A stretch of DNA of 64,000 nucleotides from an uncultured cyanobacterium (GCA_963710605.1 CAVQBA010000007.1:160001-224000), one strand, 5' to 3'. Counted from the stretch's first letter, positions 9,954-19,755 are shown. The notes: generated by a model not told the origin, from the sequence alone. Program-made: numbers and translations.

Positions 9954-10580
9954 ATGACCGACTCTTTTAAATACAAACGTCTTAATAAAGATGATGCCCT
10001 TGTTTTACTAATCGATCATCAAGCAGGTCTAATTTCCCTAGTACAAGATTATTCTCCGAACGAATTTAAAAATAATGTTTTAGCTTTGGCAGAATCAGCT
10101 AAATTTTTCAAGCTTCCTACAATCTTAACTACCAGTTTTGAAAATGGACCAAATGGACCATTAGTACCCGAACTCAGAGAATTTCATCCCGATGCACCTT
10201 ATATTGCTCGCCCAGGTCAAATTAACGCTTGGGATAACGAAGACTTTGTCAAAGCGATCAAAGATACTGGTCGTAAACAACTGATTATGGCGGGAGTGGT
10301 AACTGATGTTTGCGTTGCTTTTCCTGCTTTGAGTGCAATTGAAGAAGGTTTTGAGGTATTTGCCGTAGTAGATGCTTCTGGTACTTTCAATAAAGATGTT
10401 CGAGATGCTGCCATCTTGAGAATGCAAGGGGCAGGAGTACAAATGATGAACTGGTTTAGTGTTGCCTGCGAACTTCATCGTGATTGGCGTAACGACATAG
10501 AAGGTTTGGGTGCTTTACTTTCTAAATATATTCCTAACTATCGTAATTTGATGACTAGCTATTTTACGACTGAGAAATAA
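9954..10580 (+). CDS. ycaC: Isochorismatase-family cysteine hydrolase (YcaC-like)
   Basis: LIDHQAGL, TTSFENGPNGP, ARPGQINAWDN, AGVVTDVCVAFP, ELHRDWR; RBS AGGAG upstream. Confidence 0.9.
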   Translation: MTDSFKYKRLNKDDALVLLIDHQAGLISLVQDYSPNEFKNNVLALAESAKFFKLPTILTTSFENGPNGPLVPELREFHPDAPYIARPGQINAWDNEDFVKAIKDTGRKQLIMAGVVTDVCVAFPALSAIEEGFEVFAVVDASGTFNKDVRDAAILRMQGAGVQMMNWFSVACELHRDWRNDIEGLGALLSKYIPNYRNLMTSYFTTEK

Positions 10581-10633
10581 ATATATCTTTTAACAACAAC
10601 AATAGTTTCACTATAAAACCGATCGTGATTGAC

Positions 10634-10665
10634 GTAAAGACGTTATATCGTAAAAACGTCTCTAC
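10634..10665. repeat. REP-like palindrome GTAAAGACGTT...AACGTCTCTAC
   Basis: 11-bp arms with one mismatch. Confidence 0.6.
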
Positions 10666-10699
10666 CGAATTATGTTCAAACTAGTACAAAAATATCTAA

Positions 10700-11333
10700 A
10701 AACGTTATGGTGCTGATACCGCCGAGCAGACTCCTCCAATCAAAAAAATGATGGCGATGGGTGTCCCAGTTTCTGGCGGTACAGATGGCACGAGAGTGGC
10801 TAGTTATAATCCTTGGGTAGGCTTATACTGGTTAGTTTCAGGGAAAACTGTTGGCGGAACAACTATTTATTCTGAAGCTAATCGTCTCGAGCGGATGGAA
10901 GCTTTAAGATTATATACGACTGCCGTAGCGAGTGTTTTCTAATCAAGAGGGTAATAAAGGATCGATCGTACCAGGGCAATTAGCAGATTTAGCGGTATTA
11001 TCCGAAGACTTCTTTTCTATTCCCGAAGAGAGAATCAAACATTTGGAATCGGTTTTAACGATCGTTGATGGCAAACCTGTTTATGCGAAGGCTGAATTTA
11101 GCAATTTATCACCACCAGCAATTCCTGTTAGTCCTAATTGGTCGCCTGTTAAATATTTTGGAGGCTATCACAACGAATCTAAAATTAGTTTATCACGATT
11201 GAATAATTTCAGTTCCACATATCCTTTAGAGAATAACTTCCATCAAAGACAAAATATCAATTTATCATCTGCGAGTCTGAAAGGTAATTTAGCTCAGTTT
11301 TGGGGCGGGTTGGCTTGTGCTTGTTGTTATTAG
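10700..11333 (+). pseudogene. Amidohydrolase (amidohydro_3/YtcJ-like) C-terminal remnant, frameshifted at ~10925
   Basis: RYGAD...TPPIKKM...GTDGTRVASYNPW...EALRLYT, then FSNQEGNKGSI.PGQLADLAVLS...LTIVDGK; the N-terminal majority is missing. Confidence 0.85.
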
Positions 11334-11373
11334 TTTAGACTGTTGAAGTATTTATAATATCAATTATATCTTT

Positions 11374-11412
11374 ACTTGTTATGACAAGTTTACGTAAGTT
11401 GTTATAACAAGT
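11374..11412. promoter_or_regulatory. Second pair of ACTTGTTATAACAAGT palindromes
   Basis: ACTTGTTATGACAAGT at 11374 and AGTTGTTATAACAAGT at 11397. Confidence 0.6.
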
Positions 11413-11452
11413 TCGCATAAATAGTTATAAATAAACAAAAGCTAGTAACTTC

Positions 11453-11773
11453 TTAGTTATCAAATCGATAAATAACATTACTTAAATTTTCAACTTGATT
11501 ATTTTTGATAACGATACCTTCTTTTTCTAATAAGTCTTGTTTTCGGGTTTTTCCTAATCTATAGTTACCAATTTCACCATTACTTTTGACTACTCTATGA
11601 CAGGGAATTACAATTGGTTGGGTATTCTTAGCCATGGCATTTCCTACCGCTCTGTATGCCTTTGTATTTAAAGCAGTGGCAATTTCTTTGTAAGTAGTAA
11701 CTTTACCCGAAGGAATTTGTTGTAAAAGTTGGTAGCATCGATCGTTAAAACTAAGATTTGTATTTTCCATCAA
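11453..11773 (-). CDS. Short MGMT-family methylated-DNA-protein-cysteine methyltransferase
   Basis: IPSGKVTTYKEIA, RAVGNAM..N, IPCHRV active site. Confidence 0.9.
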   Translation of the reverse strand: MMENTNLSFNDRCYQLLQQIPSGKVTTYKEIATALNTKAYRAVGNAMAKNTQPIVIPCHRVVKSNGEIGNYRLGKTRKQDLLEKEGIVIKNNQVENLSNVIYRFDN

Positions 11774-11795
11774 TTTTCGATACTCTTTTTTTATC

Positions 11796-12380
11796 TTGAC
11801 TATGAATTTATCACAAACTGACGATCGACAACCTAATAATTCTAATCAACAGGTAACGGCTGTTATTTCTCATTATATTCGTCCCGGTCGAGAATCAGGT
11901 TATGAGCAATGGTTAAAAGATATTTCTCAAGTTGCCAGACAATTTGAAGGTCATAATGGTATAACTATTTTACGCCCTCAAGCAGGTACAAGAAAAGAAT
12001 ATGTGATTATTTTACGATTCGATCGATACGATAACTTATGTCGATGGATGCGATCGCCCGAAAGAAAAGAATGGATCGATCGAGCAAAACCTTTAACCGA
12101 AAAAGCGGAAAACGTACAAGTATTAACAGGATTAGAAGCCTTGGTTTCTCTTCCTAATACTGCTTATCTACCGCCACCGAAATATAAAACAGCTCTGGTT
12201 ACTTGGCTGGGTGTTTTTATCTGTTCGTCTATTTTAGGTTATTTTTTAGCCCCTCGTTTAGTATTTTTACCTTACCTATTACGTCAAGCAATTATGACGG
12301 GATTGGTGGTTATCTTACTTGCTTATATAGTCATGCCCAGATTAACTCGTCTGTTTTCTAAATGGCTTCATGGCAGTTAA
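11796..12380 (+). CDS. Antibiotic biosynthesis monooxygenase (ABM)-domain membrane protein
   Basis: IRPGRESGYEQW, W..SPERKEW, TGLE, PPKYK, two C-terminal TM helices. Confidence 0.8.
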   Translation: MTMNLSQTDDRQPNNSNQQVTAVISHYIRPGRESGYEQWLKDISQVARQFEGHNGITILRPQAGTRKEYVIILRFDRYDNLCRWMRSPERKEWIDRAKPLTEKAENVQVLTGLEALVSLPNTAYLPPPKYKTALVTWLGVFICSSILGYFLAPRLVFLPYLLRQAIMTGLVVILLAYIVMPRLTRLFSKWLHGS

Positions 12381-12583
12381 AAAATAATCAATTAGGCATT
12401 TTCAACAATCACCAAAATAAGGGCTAAAGCCCTTACTACAAACTTACCGAATAATATTATATACGATGACAAAGAGGTTTTGAACTTTAAAATGATCCCA
12501 ATTATGTACTTAGATTAAGTATTAAACAATAATATGGTGAAAAAATACTACTGTTAGTACGTTAAGTATTATCAAAACGCTTA

Positions 12584-12704
12584 TATAGTAGGAAAGGAAT
12601 TGCTTAGGATATGTATAGATTAAAGTCTCCCCTTCCCAAGGGGAGATTTAGAGGGGTTGTATTTAAGATCGAAAAACGTCCTGACTAATTCTTGTATTGC
12701 TATA
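12584..12704. mobile_element. Miniature inverted-repeat element carrying a CCCCTT..AAGGGG hairpin
   Basis: TATAG-N19-GATA ... CGTC-N19-CTATA; interior 12623-12658 is identical to the reverse complement of 42625-42660. Confidence 0.7.
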
Positions 12705-12762
12705 TATCGCTCATTAAACCTTTGCTCTTTGCGATCGTCTTAATTGCTCAAAAATTATTAAT

Positions 12763-14436
12763 ATGTTAAATCTACTTAAAAATTGGCAAACTTTCCTCTT
12801 TACCAGTATTTCATTTTTGTGCTTTTGTTTGCCTAGTATCGCCGCCGAAAAAATTAAGATTATTTATGGCCCTCTTAACTTAACATTAGAAGTCGATTCC
12901 TTAGAAAAATTTGCTCAAGAAGGAATTGTCGATCGAGAGCTAGAATTTTATCTCAATGCCGCGGGTTTAAAAGACGAGCAAAAAGAAGCTTTACGAGAAA
13001 CTTTATCGACGAAGTATCCGATCGATGGTGTAAGATTATCAACTTTTTTGAATACACCTACAGGAGAAATGCTATTAGAAAAAATGGGTACTTTAATATC
13101 CGTACCTGGAGGCAGAAATGGTAAGTATATATTAAGAGGTGGATTAGTTAAAGCGGCACTAGAAAATGAAGACGGATTGACTGTGCTTAATTTTTTACAA
13201 TCTGTGGCTACCGATATTCAACTCAATACAAGTGAAATTGAAGAGATATTAGATTATCAAAAGCGTTTATCATTAGCAACGGAATCTCTAACTAAAGATG
13301 CCGATCGATTATCTAGTCAGGAAATAGCTAAGCAGAATCTAGACTATACCAAGATTAAGGATATCAGAGAAAAAGGAGAGTATGGATTCAAACCCCTAGA
13401 AGTTTTACAACTAAGAGATCAAAAACGCCAACGAAATTTTGCCGTAGATATTTATCAACCACAACGTTGGAAACAAGGAAAAACACCCGTTGTCATCGTT
13501 TCTCATGGTTTAGGTTCTAATCCTGATGAATTTGCTACATTAGGCAAACAATTAGCTTCCTATGGCTTTTTGGTGGCGATTCCTCAACATATTGGTAGCG
13601 ATGGGAAAAAATTAGCGGAAATAATTAACGGTTATACCCGTGAATTATATGATTTAGAAGAATTCATTAATCGCCCTTTGGATATTAGTTACGTTCTAGA
13701 TGAATTAGAAAAAAGAAACAAAACAGAATTTAATAATAGACTAAATTTAGATAATGTTGGCGTTTTAGGTCATTCTTTTGGCGGTTATACTGCTTTAGCT
13801 TTGGCTGGTGCAACTTGGGATTTCGAGCATATTAAAACTTATTGCGATCGTCGTGTTTGGGAAGCAAACTTGTCTATGTTATTACAATGTCGAACATTAG
13901 ACTTACCCGATCGAGAATATAATTTTCACGATGAAAGAGTAGGTGCAATTGGGGTTATGAATCCAGTCAATAGTGTTATATTTGGCTCGCAGGGTTTGAG
14001 TAAAGTTAAGATTCCGATCGTGATTGGTGCGGGTACAAACGATCCTGCAACACCAGCAATTATCGAACAAATTAGAACGTTTGCTTGGGTGAGTAGTGAA
14101 GATAAATATTTATTTGTTATCGAAGGTCAAGCTCATTTTTTGATAAGCCCTGATTCTAATTCCCAAATTAATAATTTACTCAATTTGTTAGTCGATTTTC
14201 AAGATACTGAGGAAAATATATTCACTACTTACGGTAATACTCAAGCTACGGCTTTTTTGCAATATTATATTGCTCAAGAAGAAAGTTTTCAGCCTTATCT
14301 TCAACCAGGTTATTGGCAATATATAGCGGATGAATCTTATCCTGTTTACTGGCTCGATCGTTTTGCTGTAAATACTTTGACCGAGACCTATAATCGTTTT
14401 AAACCGACAGAAATTCCTACTCTCTACCCCAACTAA
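12763..14436 (+). CDS. DUF1400 / alpha-beta hydrolase
   Basis: AAEKI..YGP N-terminal domain, SHGLGS, PQHIGSD, RPLDIS, GHSFGGYT nucleophile. Confidence 0.9.
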   Translation: MLNLLKNWQTFLFTSISFLCFCLPSIAAEKIKIIYGPLNLTLEVDSLEKFAQEGIVDRELEFYLNAAGLKDEQKEALRETLSTKYPIDGVRLSTFLNTPTGEMLLEKMGTLISVPGGRNGKYILRGGLVKAALENEDGLTVLNFLQSVATDIQLNTSEIEEILDYQKRLSLATESLTKDADRLSSQEIAKQNLDYTKIKDIREKGEYGFKPLEVLQLRDQKRQRNFAVDIYQPQRWKQGKTPVVIVSHGLGSNPDEFATLGKQLASYGFLVAIPQHIGSDGKKLAEIINGYTRELYDLEEFINRPLDISYVLDELEKRNKTEFNNRLNLDNVGVLGHSFGGYTALALAGATWDFEHIKTYCDRRVWEANLSMLLQCRTLDLPDREYNFHDERVGAIGVMNPVNSVIFGSQGLSKVKIPIVIGAGTNDPATPAIIEQIRTFAWVSSEDKYLFVIEGQAHFLISPDSNSQINNLLNLLVDFQDTEENIFTTYGNTQATAFLQYYIAQEESFQPYLQPGYWQYIADESYPVYWLDRFAVNTLTETYNRFKPTEIPTLYPN

Positions 14437-14509
14437 TCCAAATTAAATATCTATTTAAAATATTTGTGATGACGATCGATAGTCATTAAAAAAAAATTAA
14501 GTGGTAAAG

Positions 14510-14554
14510 TAATACCAATTCAAATAAAATTTGTAACCGTTGTTATTAGCAAGT
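14510..14554 (+). repeat. End of second miniature-element family (TAATACCAATTCAAATAAAATTTG)
   Basis: Matches the reverse complement of 42665-42709, 44163-44207, and the reverse complement of ~30248-30292. Confidence 0.65.
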
Positions 14555-14769
14555 AAGTACCTTTGTCTCTCCGAAGACAAAGCAAGGCTATTTCATGTCT
14601 TATTTTTGTAATTTCTATAACTCTCGAAATAGCAGTAAATGTAGCTGTTTTTTTCTAATAGTAAAAAGAAAATGTAACCAAATCGCTCGTTCGTTTCGTA
14701 GTAATAGCTTCTAGCTATTTTTTTGCGAACGTGAATGAAACAGCCCTGCCTTGGAAGGGAAGATGCCGC

Positions 14770-15072
14770 TCAGAGGCAGAGGGGTTGATAGATAAATCGA
14801 TCGACATGAGATTCGGCGGCAAAGTGAGCAACTTGGGTAATTGCTTCTTCTGTTAATATTTTATCGACTAAAGTACGATCGCAAATATCACCATGAACAA
14901 AAACAAAATTAGGATTATTTTCTAATTTACTCAAATTTTGACGATTGCCGGCATAAGTAAGTGCATCTAAGACAACTATTTTGTCTTCTGAATGTTGCTC
15001 AGCCCAATAATTAACAAAATTAGAACCAATAAAACCTGCACCGCCTGTAACTAAAAGATGTTTTTTACTCAT
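14770..15072 (-). pseudogene. rfbB: Truncated duplicate of rfbB (first ~92 codons)
   Basis: MSKKHLLVTGGAGFIGSN... matches 7056-8126 up to AAESHVDR, then unrelated tail. Confidence 0.95.
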
Positions 15073-15250
15073 TATAATTATCAGAAATACCTAATCAAAA
15101 AATAAAGCTAATTTTTTATTGCATCCATAGTTTATCATTTCTTTTCGACTATCAATTGTTGAATTTTTGTTTCTTTTATTTTTATCAGAGAATTGAAACT
15201 GATAGTCATTTAAGATAACAATGTGATGGTGATGATAATTTGTTGTCTTT

Positions 15251-15570
15251 TATAGTTATTTAAAATAACGGTAAGACATCTTGAAGCTAAAATTACAGTT
15301 TAATTTATTAAACGATATCTATTAGCCTTGTAATTCATACTCAAGGTGAGGTAAAGACTCAAGTTTTAAATATGATTGATACTGTAATTTTAATTGAAAA
15401 TTTTAGTTGACAGATTCGGCTTTTGGACAAGTTTAGAATAAAACAGGCGGAAGTTTAGTGCGTAGCTGATGAGTGGTGGGGTACGTTGTAATAATCATTA
15501 CTTGTCGGGTTTTATACTTCTATTTGAAATATTATAATTACTATCTTGGTAAAATATTGAAATGACTATA
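15251..15570. mobile_element. Miniature IS630-like element
   Basis: Left end TATAGTTATTTAAAATAACGGTAAGACA is nearly identical to the reverse complement of 63247-63274; degenerate right end ...GAAATGACTATA. Confidence 0.55.
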
Positions 15571-15678
15571 TCTGTATTTTTCGATCGAAGATGAGAAAAT
15601 TAAATAAATTGTGGGTAAGATCAAATTGTATGCAAAAATAACTAAAAGTAATTTGATCAACTAGCAGGAAAACAATTC

Positions 15679-15936
15679 ATGGCGAGAAAACCAGATGAAT
15701 ATGTTGTACATATATTAATTAATGGTGGTCATCGAGAAGAGGTTCGCTTTCCTACAATCAAGGAATTTCAAAAATGGTACAGTGGCGAATTAGTACCAAA
15801 AGCTGATTCTCATGATTTTATTAGTGTACCGATTAAAAATATTCAAGGAGAATATATGGTTATACGCCCTTCTAGTGTACTTTGCTTGAGAGTCGAACCT
15901 GTATTTTTTGGTAGCGTCGATCGAAATTTTAATTAA
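15679..15936 (+). CDS. Small hypothetical protein (conserved-looking in cyanobacteria)
   Basis: 85 aa, RBS AGGA, protein-like composition (GGHREEVRF..FQKWY). Confidence 0.8.
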   Translation: MARKPDEYVVHILINGGHREEVRFPTIKEFQKWYSGELVPKADSHDFISVPIKNIQGEYMVIRPSSVLCLRVEPVFFGSVDRNFN

Positions 15937-16050
15937 AATACTAATCTTGGTGAATTGTATTACCTACTAATATTTTCTGACGAGCACAAATTTATTTGTT
16001 TTGAATAAATACTTGAGATTAAATTATCAAACATAATTTTTAATCTTCAA

Positions 16051-16452
16051 TCAACTTATTAATTGACGACGTTTTTGTTCAAATTCATTGTCAGAGATTA
16101 AACCTTCTTGACGTAGTTTTTCTAATTCTCTAATAGCTGTAGCTATCTGTGTTACTTGCTCCGCTGGGAATATTTTTTGCGTAGTCGTAGAAATCAAATG
16201 AGGATTAAAACGTTGATTGAATTGTTCTTGATTTTGAGCTAGATACAATACTATATCGACTATACAGGCAATTCTCGCCATCGGACTTTGCCAACCGATA
16301 ACTAAATAGATAATTCCCCATAAAGATTGACCGAGATAAAATTTGTGTAAACCAGCTAAAGGAAGAGCAGATACTGCACCAATCAAAGCTAAGATAAGAG
16401 CAAATTTTTTGTTTTTGGATTTAGACTGAGTCGTAGTAGTAGGATTGTTCAT
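16051..16452 (-). CDS. TM2/NINE-domain membrane protein with C-terminal SHOCT domain
   Basis: GLHKFYLGQ..WGIIYL; LEKLRQEGLISDNEFEQKRRQL. Confidence 0.85.
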   Translation of the reverse strand: MNNPTTTTQSKSKNKKFALILALIGAVSALPLAGLHKFYLGQSLWGIIYLVIGWQSPMARIACIVDIVLYLAQNQEQFNQRFNPHLISTTTQKIFPAEQVTQIATAIRELEKLRQEGLISDNEFEQKRRQLIS

Positions 16453-16719
16453 TGTTCATCGGTTACGGAAATCCGTATGTAGTCAATGATAAGGATAATC
16501 TTATAATTAGATTTGTAGCAATTAAATAATTAACAATAAACTTATTCAAGAAGAAGTTAACTAATCATTAAAAAAAATTGTTAGTTTGATGATTACAACT
16601 TAAAAAACTTAATCTAGTTTTGTTTTATTGTTTTGATACTAAGTAATTAAATGATTGCTATATGTTAGAACTAATTATTCAAAAAGACAATAAGTACATA
16701 TTATTAGTAGGTTGTAAAA

Positions 16720-17034
16720 ATGGGATTTTTTGATTCAGAAGTAGTACAAGAAGAAGCTAAACAACTTTTCACTGATTATCAATCTTTAGTCCAATTAGGT
16801 GGTGAGTTTGGAAAATTCGATCGTGAAGGTAAAAAGATTTTTATCGAAAAGATGGAAAGCATGATGGAAAGATACAAAATTTTTATGGCTAGATTTGAGT
16901 TATCAGACGATTTCACAGCGAAGATGACTGTTGAACAGTTAAAAACTCAATTAAGTCAGTTCGGTACAACTCCTCAGCAAATGTTTGAGCAAATGAATAT
17001 GACTCTTGAGAGAATGAAAAAAGAGGTTGAGTAA
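16720..17034 (+). CDS. DUF1825 family protein
   Basis: MGFFDSEVVQEEAKQLF, KFDREGK, RFELS. Confidence 0.85.
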   Translation: MGFFDSEVVQEEAKQLFTDYQSLVQLGGEFGKFDREGKKIFIEKMESMMERYKIFMARFELSDDFTAKMTVEQLKTQLSQFGTTPQQMFEQMNMTLERMKKEVE

Positions 17035-17156
17035 AGGCAAAAGCCGATGTTGTTTAGTTCGGTTTTACTCCAACAGACAATTTAGGGAAACTGATACATT
17101 ATAAATGTCGTCGATAATGACGAACTAAGTATAAATTATAACAGGGGTTTACGATC

Positions 17157-17537
17157 GTGAATTATAAATCTAATAATAATAGTAATAATAGCGAAACAAA
17201 ATTTTTGAATCAAAAAAATAGTCAAAGTAATTTTTTAAATTATATCCAATCATTAGATCCTGAAACCATTCTCCAACTTTCTAAACCTGATTCTTCAGAG
17301 GTACTTAAAGTTATGGAACATAATATCATTGGTATGCTCGGTAATTTACCTTCAGAGCATTTTAATACCATGATTACAACGAGTAAAGAAAGTATGGGTA
17401 GATTATTAATTTCGGCGATGATGAGTGGTTATTTTCTACGTAATGCCGAGCAAAGAATGGATTTTGAACAAGCATTAGTAATGACAGATAGCTCAGATGA
17501 TGATGAAACAGAAGCTAATTTCAACCCAGAGTTATAG
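17157..17537 (+). CDS. DUF760 family protein
   Basis: YIQSL.PETI.QLSKP, GMLGNLP, SAMMSGYFLRNAEQR. Confidence 0.85.
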   Translation: MNYKSNNNSNNSETKFLNQKNSQSNFLNYIQSLDPETILQLSKPDSSEVLKVMEHNIIGMLGNLPSEHFNTMITTSKESMGRLLISAMMSGYFLRNAEQRMDFEQALVMTDSSDDDETEANFNPEL

Positions 17538-17646
17538 GTTACTTAAGATTAGTCAAATCATCTATTTTGAGTCGAATCTTTTGCGAATGAATCAAGCCAT
17601 CAATATTTATTAAATGTTTACTGATGGCTATTTTTATCTCTCTAAA

Positions 17647-19755
17647 TTAACTTAACTGATAACGATCGGTTAATTTTTCTAATTGTTGGACTAAAAGACT
17701 AAGGAATAAACCTACATCAGTAACAATACCGACTGATTCAACTGAACCTCGATCGCTTAATTTAGTCACTACCGCAGGGTTAATATCGACACAAACCATT
17801 TTCACCCCTGAAGGTGTCATATTACCAACACCGATCGAATGAAGCATGGTTGAGAGCATTAAAATCATATCCGAACCATCAATTAAACGAGCATATTCTT
17901 CTTGAGCTTTAATCAAGTCCATATAAGTATCAGGTAATGGGCCATCATCACGAATTGAACCTGCTAAACAAAAAGGTATATTATTTTTAATACACTCATA
18001 CATTACTCCTTTAGTGATAATACCTTCTTCAACCGCTTGAGCAATACTACCGGCACGGCGAACTGAATTAATTACTTTAAGATGGTGACGATGCCCACCA
18101 CTGACAGGTGTACCTTTACGCATATCTACACCTAAAGATGTACCCATAACTGATTGTTCCATATCATGAACAGCGATCGCATTACCGCCTAAAAGGCATT
18201 GTACATAACCGTTACGAATTAAACCAGATAAATGTCCTGAACCACCTGTATGAATGACAACAGGACCTGCTACGACGGCTACTTTACCGCCTTGATCACG
18301 AATATGACGCATTTCCCAAGCGATTTGCTCAACTAATAATTCAACACGTCGCTCACTAGAAACGCCACCACTCATGAAGCTAAATTCTTGAGTTTTATTT
18401 CTTTTTTCTCTTGATTGAGCAGAGCGTACAGTACGAATGCCTTCAACACCGACAACTACTTCTTCTCCTACTTCTAAATCTCGTAATAGTTTACAACTAG
18501 CAGTAGTTTGATGATCTTTTTTGTTAATAACGATCGCTCCATCCATTCTTTGATTATCAACTCTTATCCATTCATCATCAACTCTAACTTCAGTTGGGTA
18601 AATAGTAGTAACATAAAAGTCATCAGGAGAAACACCAGCTTTATTCACCGACTCTAAGTGAACATCGACTTGTTTTTCAGGAGCAATGATTGCACCTAAA
18701 TCAATCAATTGACTAACAATATCTTCCATTAGTTGAGCAGAAGGTGCAGAAATACGAACTTCGGCAGTAGAGGGGCTTTGTCTTTCTATACCTAAGTTGA
18801 AATTAAGTACTTTAAAGCTACCACCTTCAGAGATAATTAAATCTAAGGCACGATTCATCATACCTGTATCTAACAAATGTCCTTCTAGTTTGATGGTTTT
18901 ACTAACCACTGAAACATTAGCATGAACGTCTTCTAAGATTGGTTCAGTTACTCTTAATGTCAAACATTTTGCCGCACCACCTGCTTTTAAAAATTCACCT
19001 AATGGTGTTTGAATTACCTTAAAGCCTTTTTCACTAATACGTTTTTCTAAGTCATCACTAATTTTATTCATGATGACAATGTCATTGATATTTACTGTAT
19101 TACAAGCAAAATTGACTGCATCTGCTTCTTCAATGGCGATTCTTTTTTCTTCAGGTACACGCATTTCAATCAAACGATTAGAATAACTATCAAATGCTTG
19201 AGGATAATAAAGCAGATAACCATTAGATAAAGGACAAAAACAAGTATCAAGGTGATAAAAACGATTATCAATTAGGTGGAGTGATAAAACCTCTGTATCC
19301 AACCATTTAGCAAGATAAGGATGAGAATCTAATTCTGAACGAAAACCATATCCTGCCCATAACCAACGCCCTTCTCGATCGAATAAAGCATCTCCTGCAC
19401 CTTCAAAAGGCAAATCTTGAGGTAACTCGTAAACATGAAAACCATTATCTTCAAACCATTTTTTAAAATAAGGCTCTTCTCCTTGTCTTTCAGCGTGATA
19501 AAAACGACTCAGAACAACATTTTCTCCTAACACTAAACCAGCATTAGCGGTGAATACCATATCAGGTACACCTTTTTCTGGTTGAACTAGATCAACAGTA
19601 GCGTGTTCTTTAATCGCTTTATATAATTTATTCCATTGCTCTACAGCACGATCTTTAGTTGATTTGTGTATATTGCCTTCCATCCAAGGATTAATTACAT
19701 AATCCACATCATAATGATCTGGTGCGCACATTAAAATACGTATATCTTCGGTCAT
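17647..19755 (-). CDS. argZ: Bifunctional arginine dihydrolase / ornithine cyclodeaminase (ArgZ/AgrE)
   Basis: LMCAPDHYDVDYVINPWM, FYHLDTCF, KAGGAAKC amidinotransferase domain; LEGHLLD and SSERR...GSIRDDGPLP C-terminal domains; 702 aa. Confidence 0.95.
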   Translation of the reverse strand: MTEDIRILMCAPDHYDVDYVINPWMEGNIHKSTKDRAVEQWNKLYKAIKEHATVDLVQPEKGVPDMVFTANAGLVLGENVVLSRFYHAERQGEEPYFKKWFEDNGFHVYELPQDLPFEGAGDALFDREGRWLWAGYGFRSELDSHPYLAKWLDTEVLSLHLIDNRFYHLDTCFCPLSNGYLLYYPQAFDSYSNRLIEMRVPEEKRIAIEEADAVNFACNTVNINDIVIMNKISDDLEKRISEKGFKVIQTPLGEFLKAGGAAKCLTLRVTEPILEDVHANVSVVSKTIKLEGHLLDTGMMNRALDLIISEGGSFKVLNFNLGIERQSPSTAEVRISAPSAQLMEDIVSQLIDLGAIIAPEKQVDVHLESVNKAGVSPDDFYVTTIYPTEVRVDDEWIRVDNQRMDGAIVINKKDHQTTASCKLLRDLEVGEEVVVGVEGIRTVRSAQSREKRNKTQEFSFMSGGVSSERRVELLVEQIAWEMRHIRDQGGKVAVVAGPVVIHTGGSGHLSGLIRNGYVQCLLGGNAIAVHDMEQSVMGTSLGVDMRKGTPVSGGHRHHLKVINSVRRAGSIAQAVEEGIITKGVMYECIKNNIPFCLAGSIRDDGPLPDTYMDLIKAQEEYARLIDGSDMILMLSTMLHSIGVGNMTPSGVKMVCVDINPAVVTKLSDRGSVESVGIVTDVGLFLSLLVQQLEKLTDRYQLS

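Noticed and set aside
11410..11435. dif/Xer-like site (AGTTCGCATAA...TTATAAATAAA)
   Set aside because: The spacer is 4 bp, not 6, and the XerD arm is poor
15466..15530. CTGATGAG as a hammerhead ribozyme core
   Set aside because: Only a weak stem II can form and no GAAA follows it
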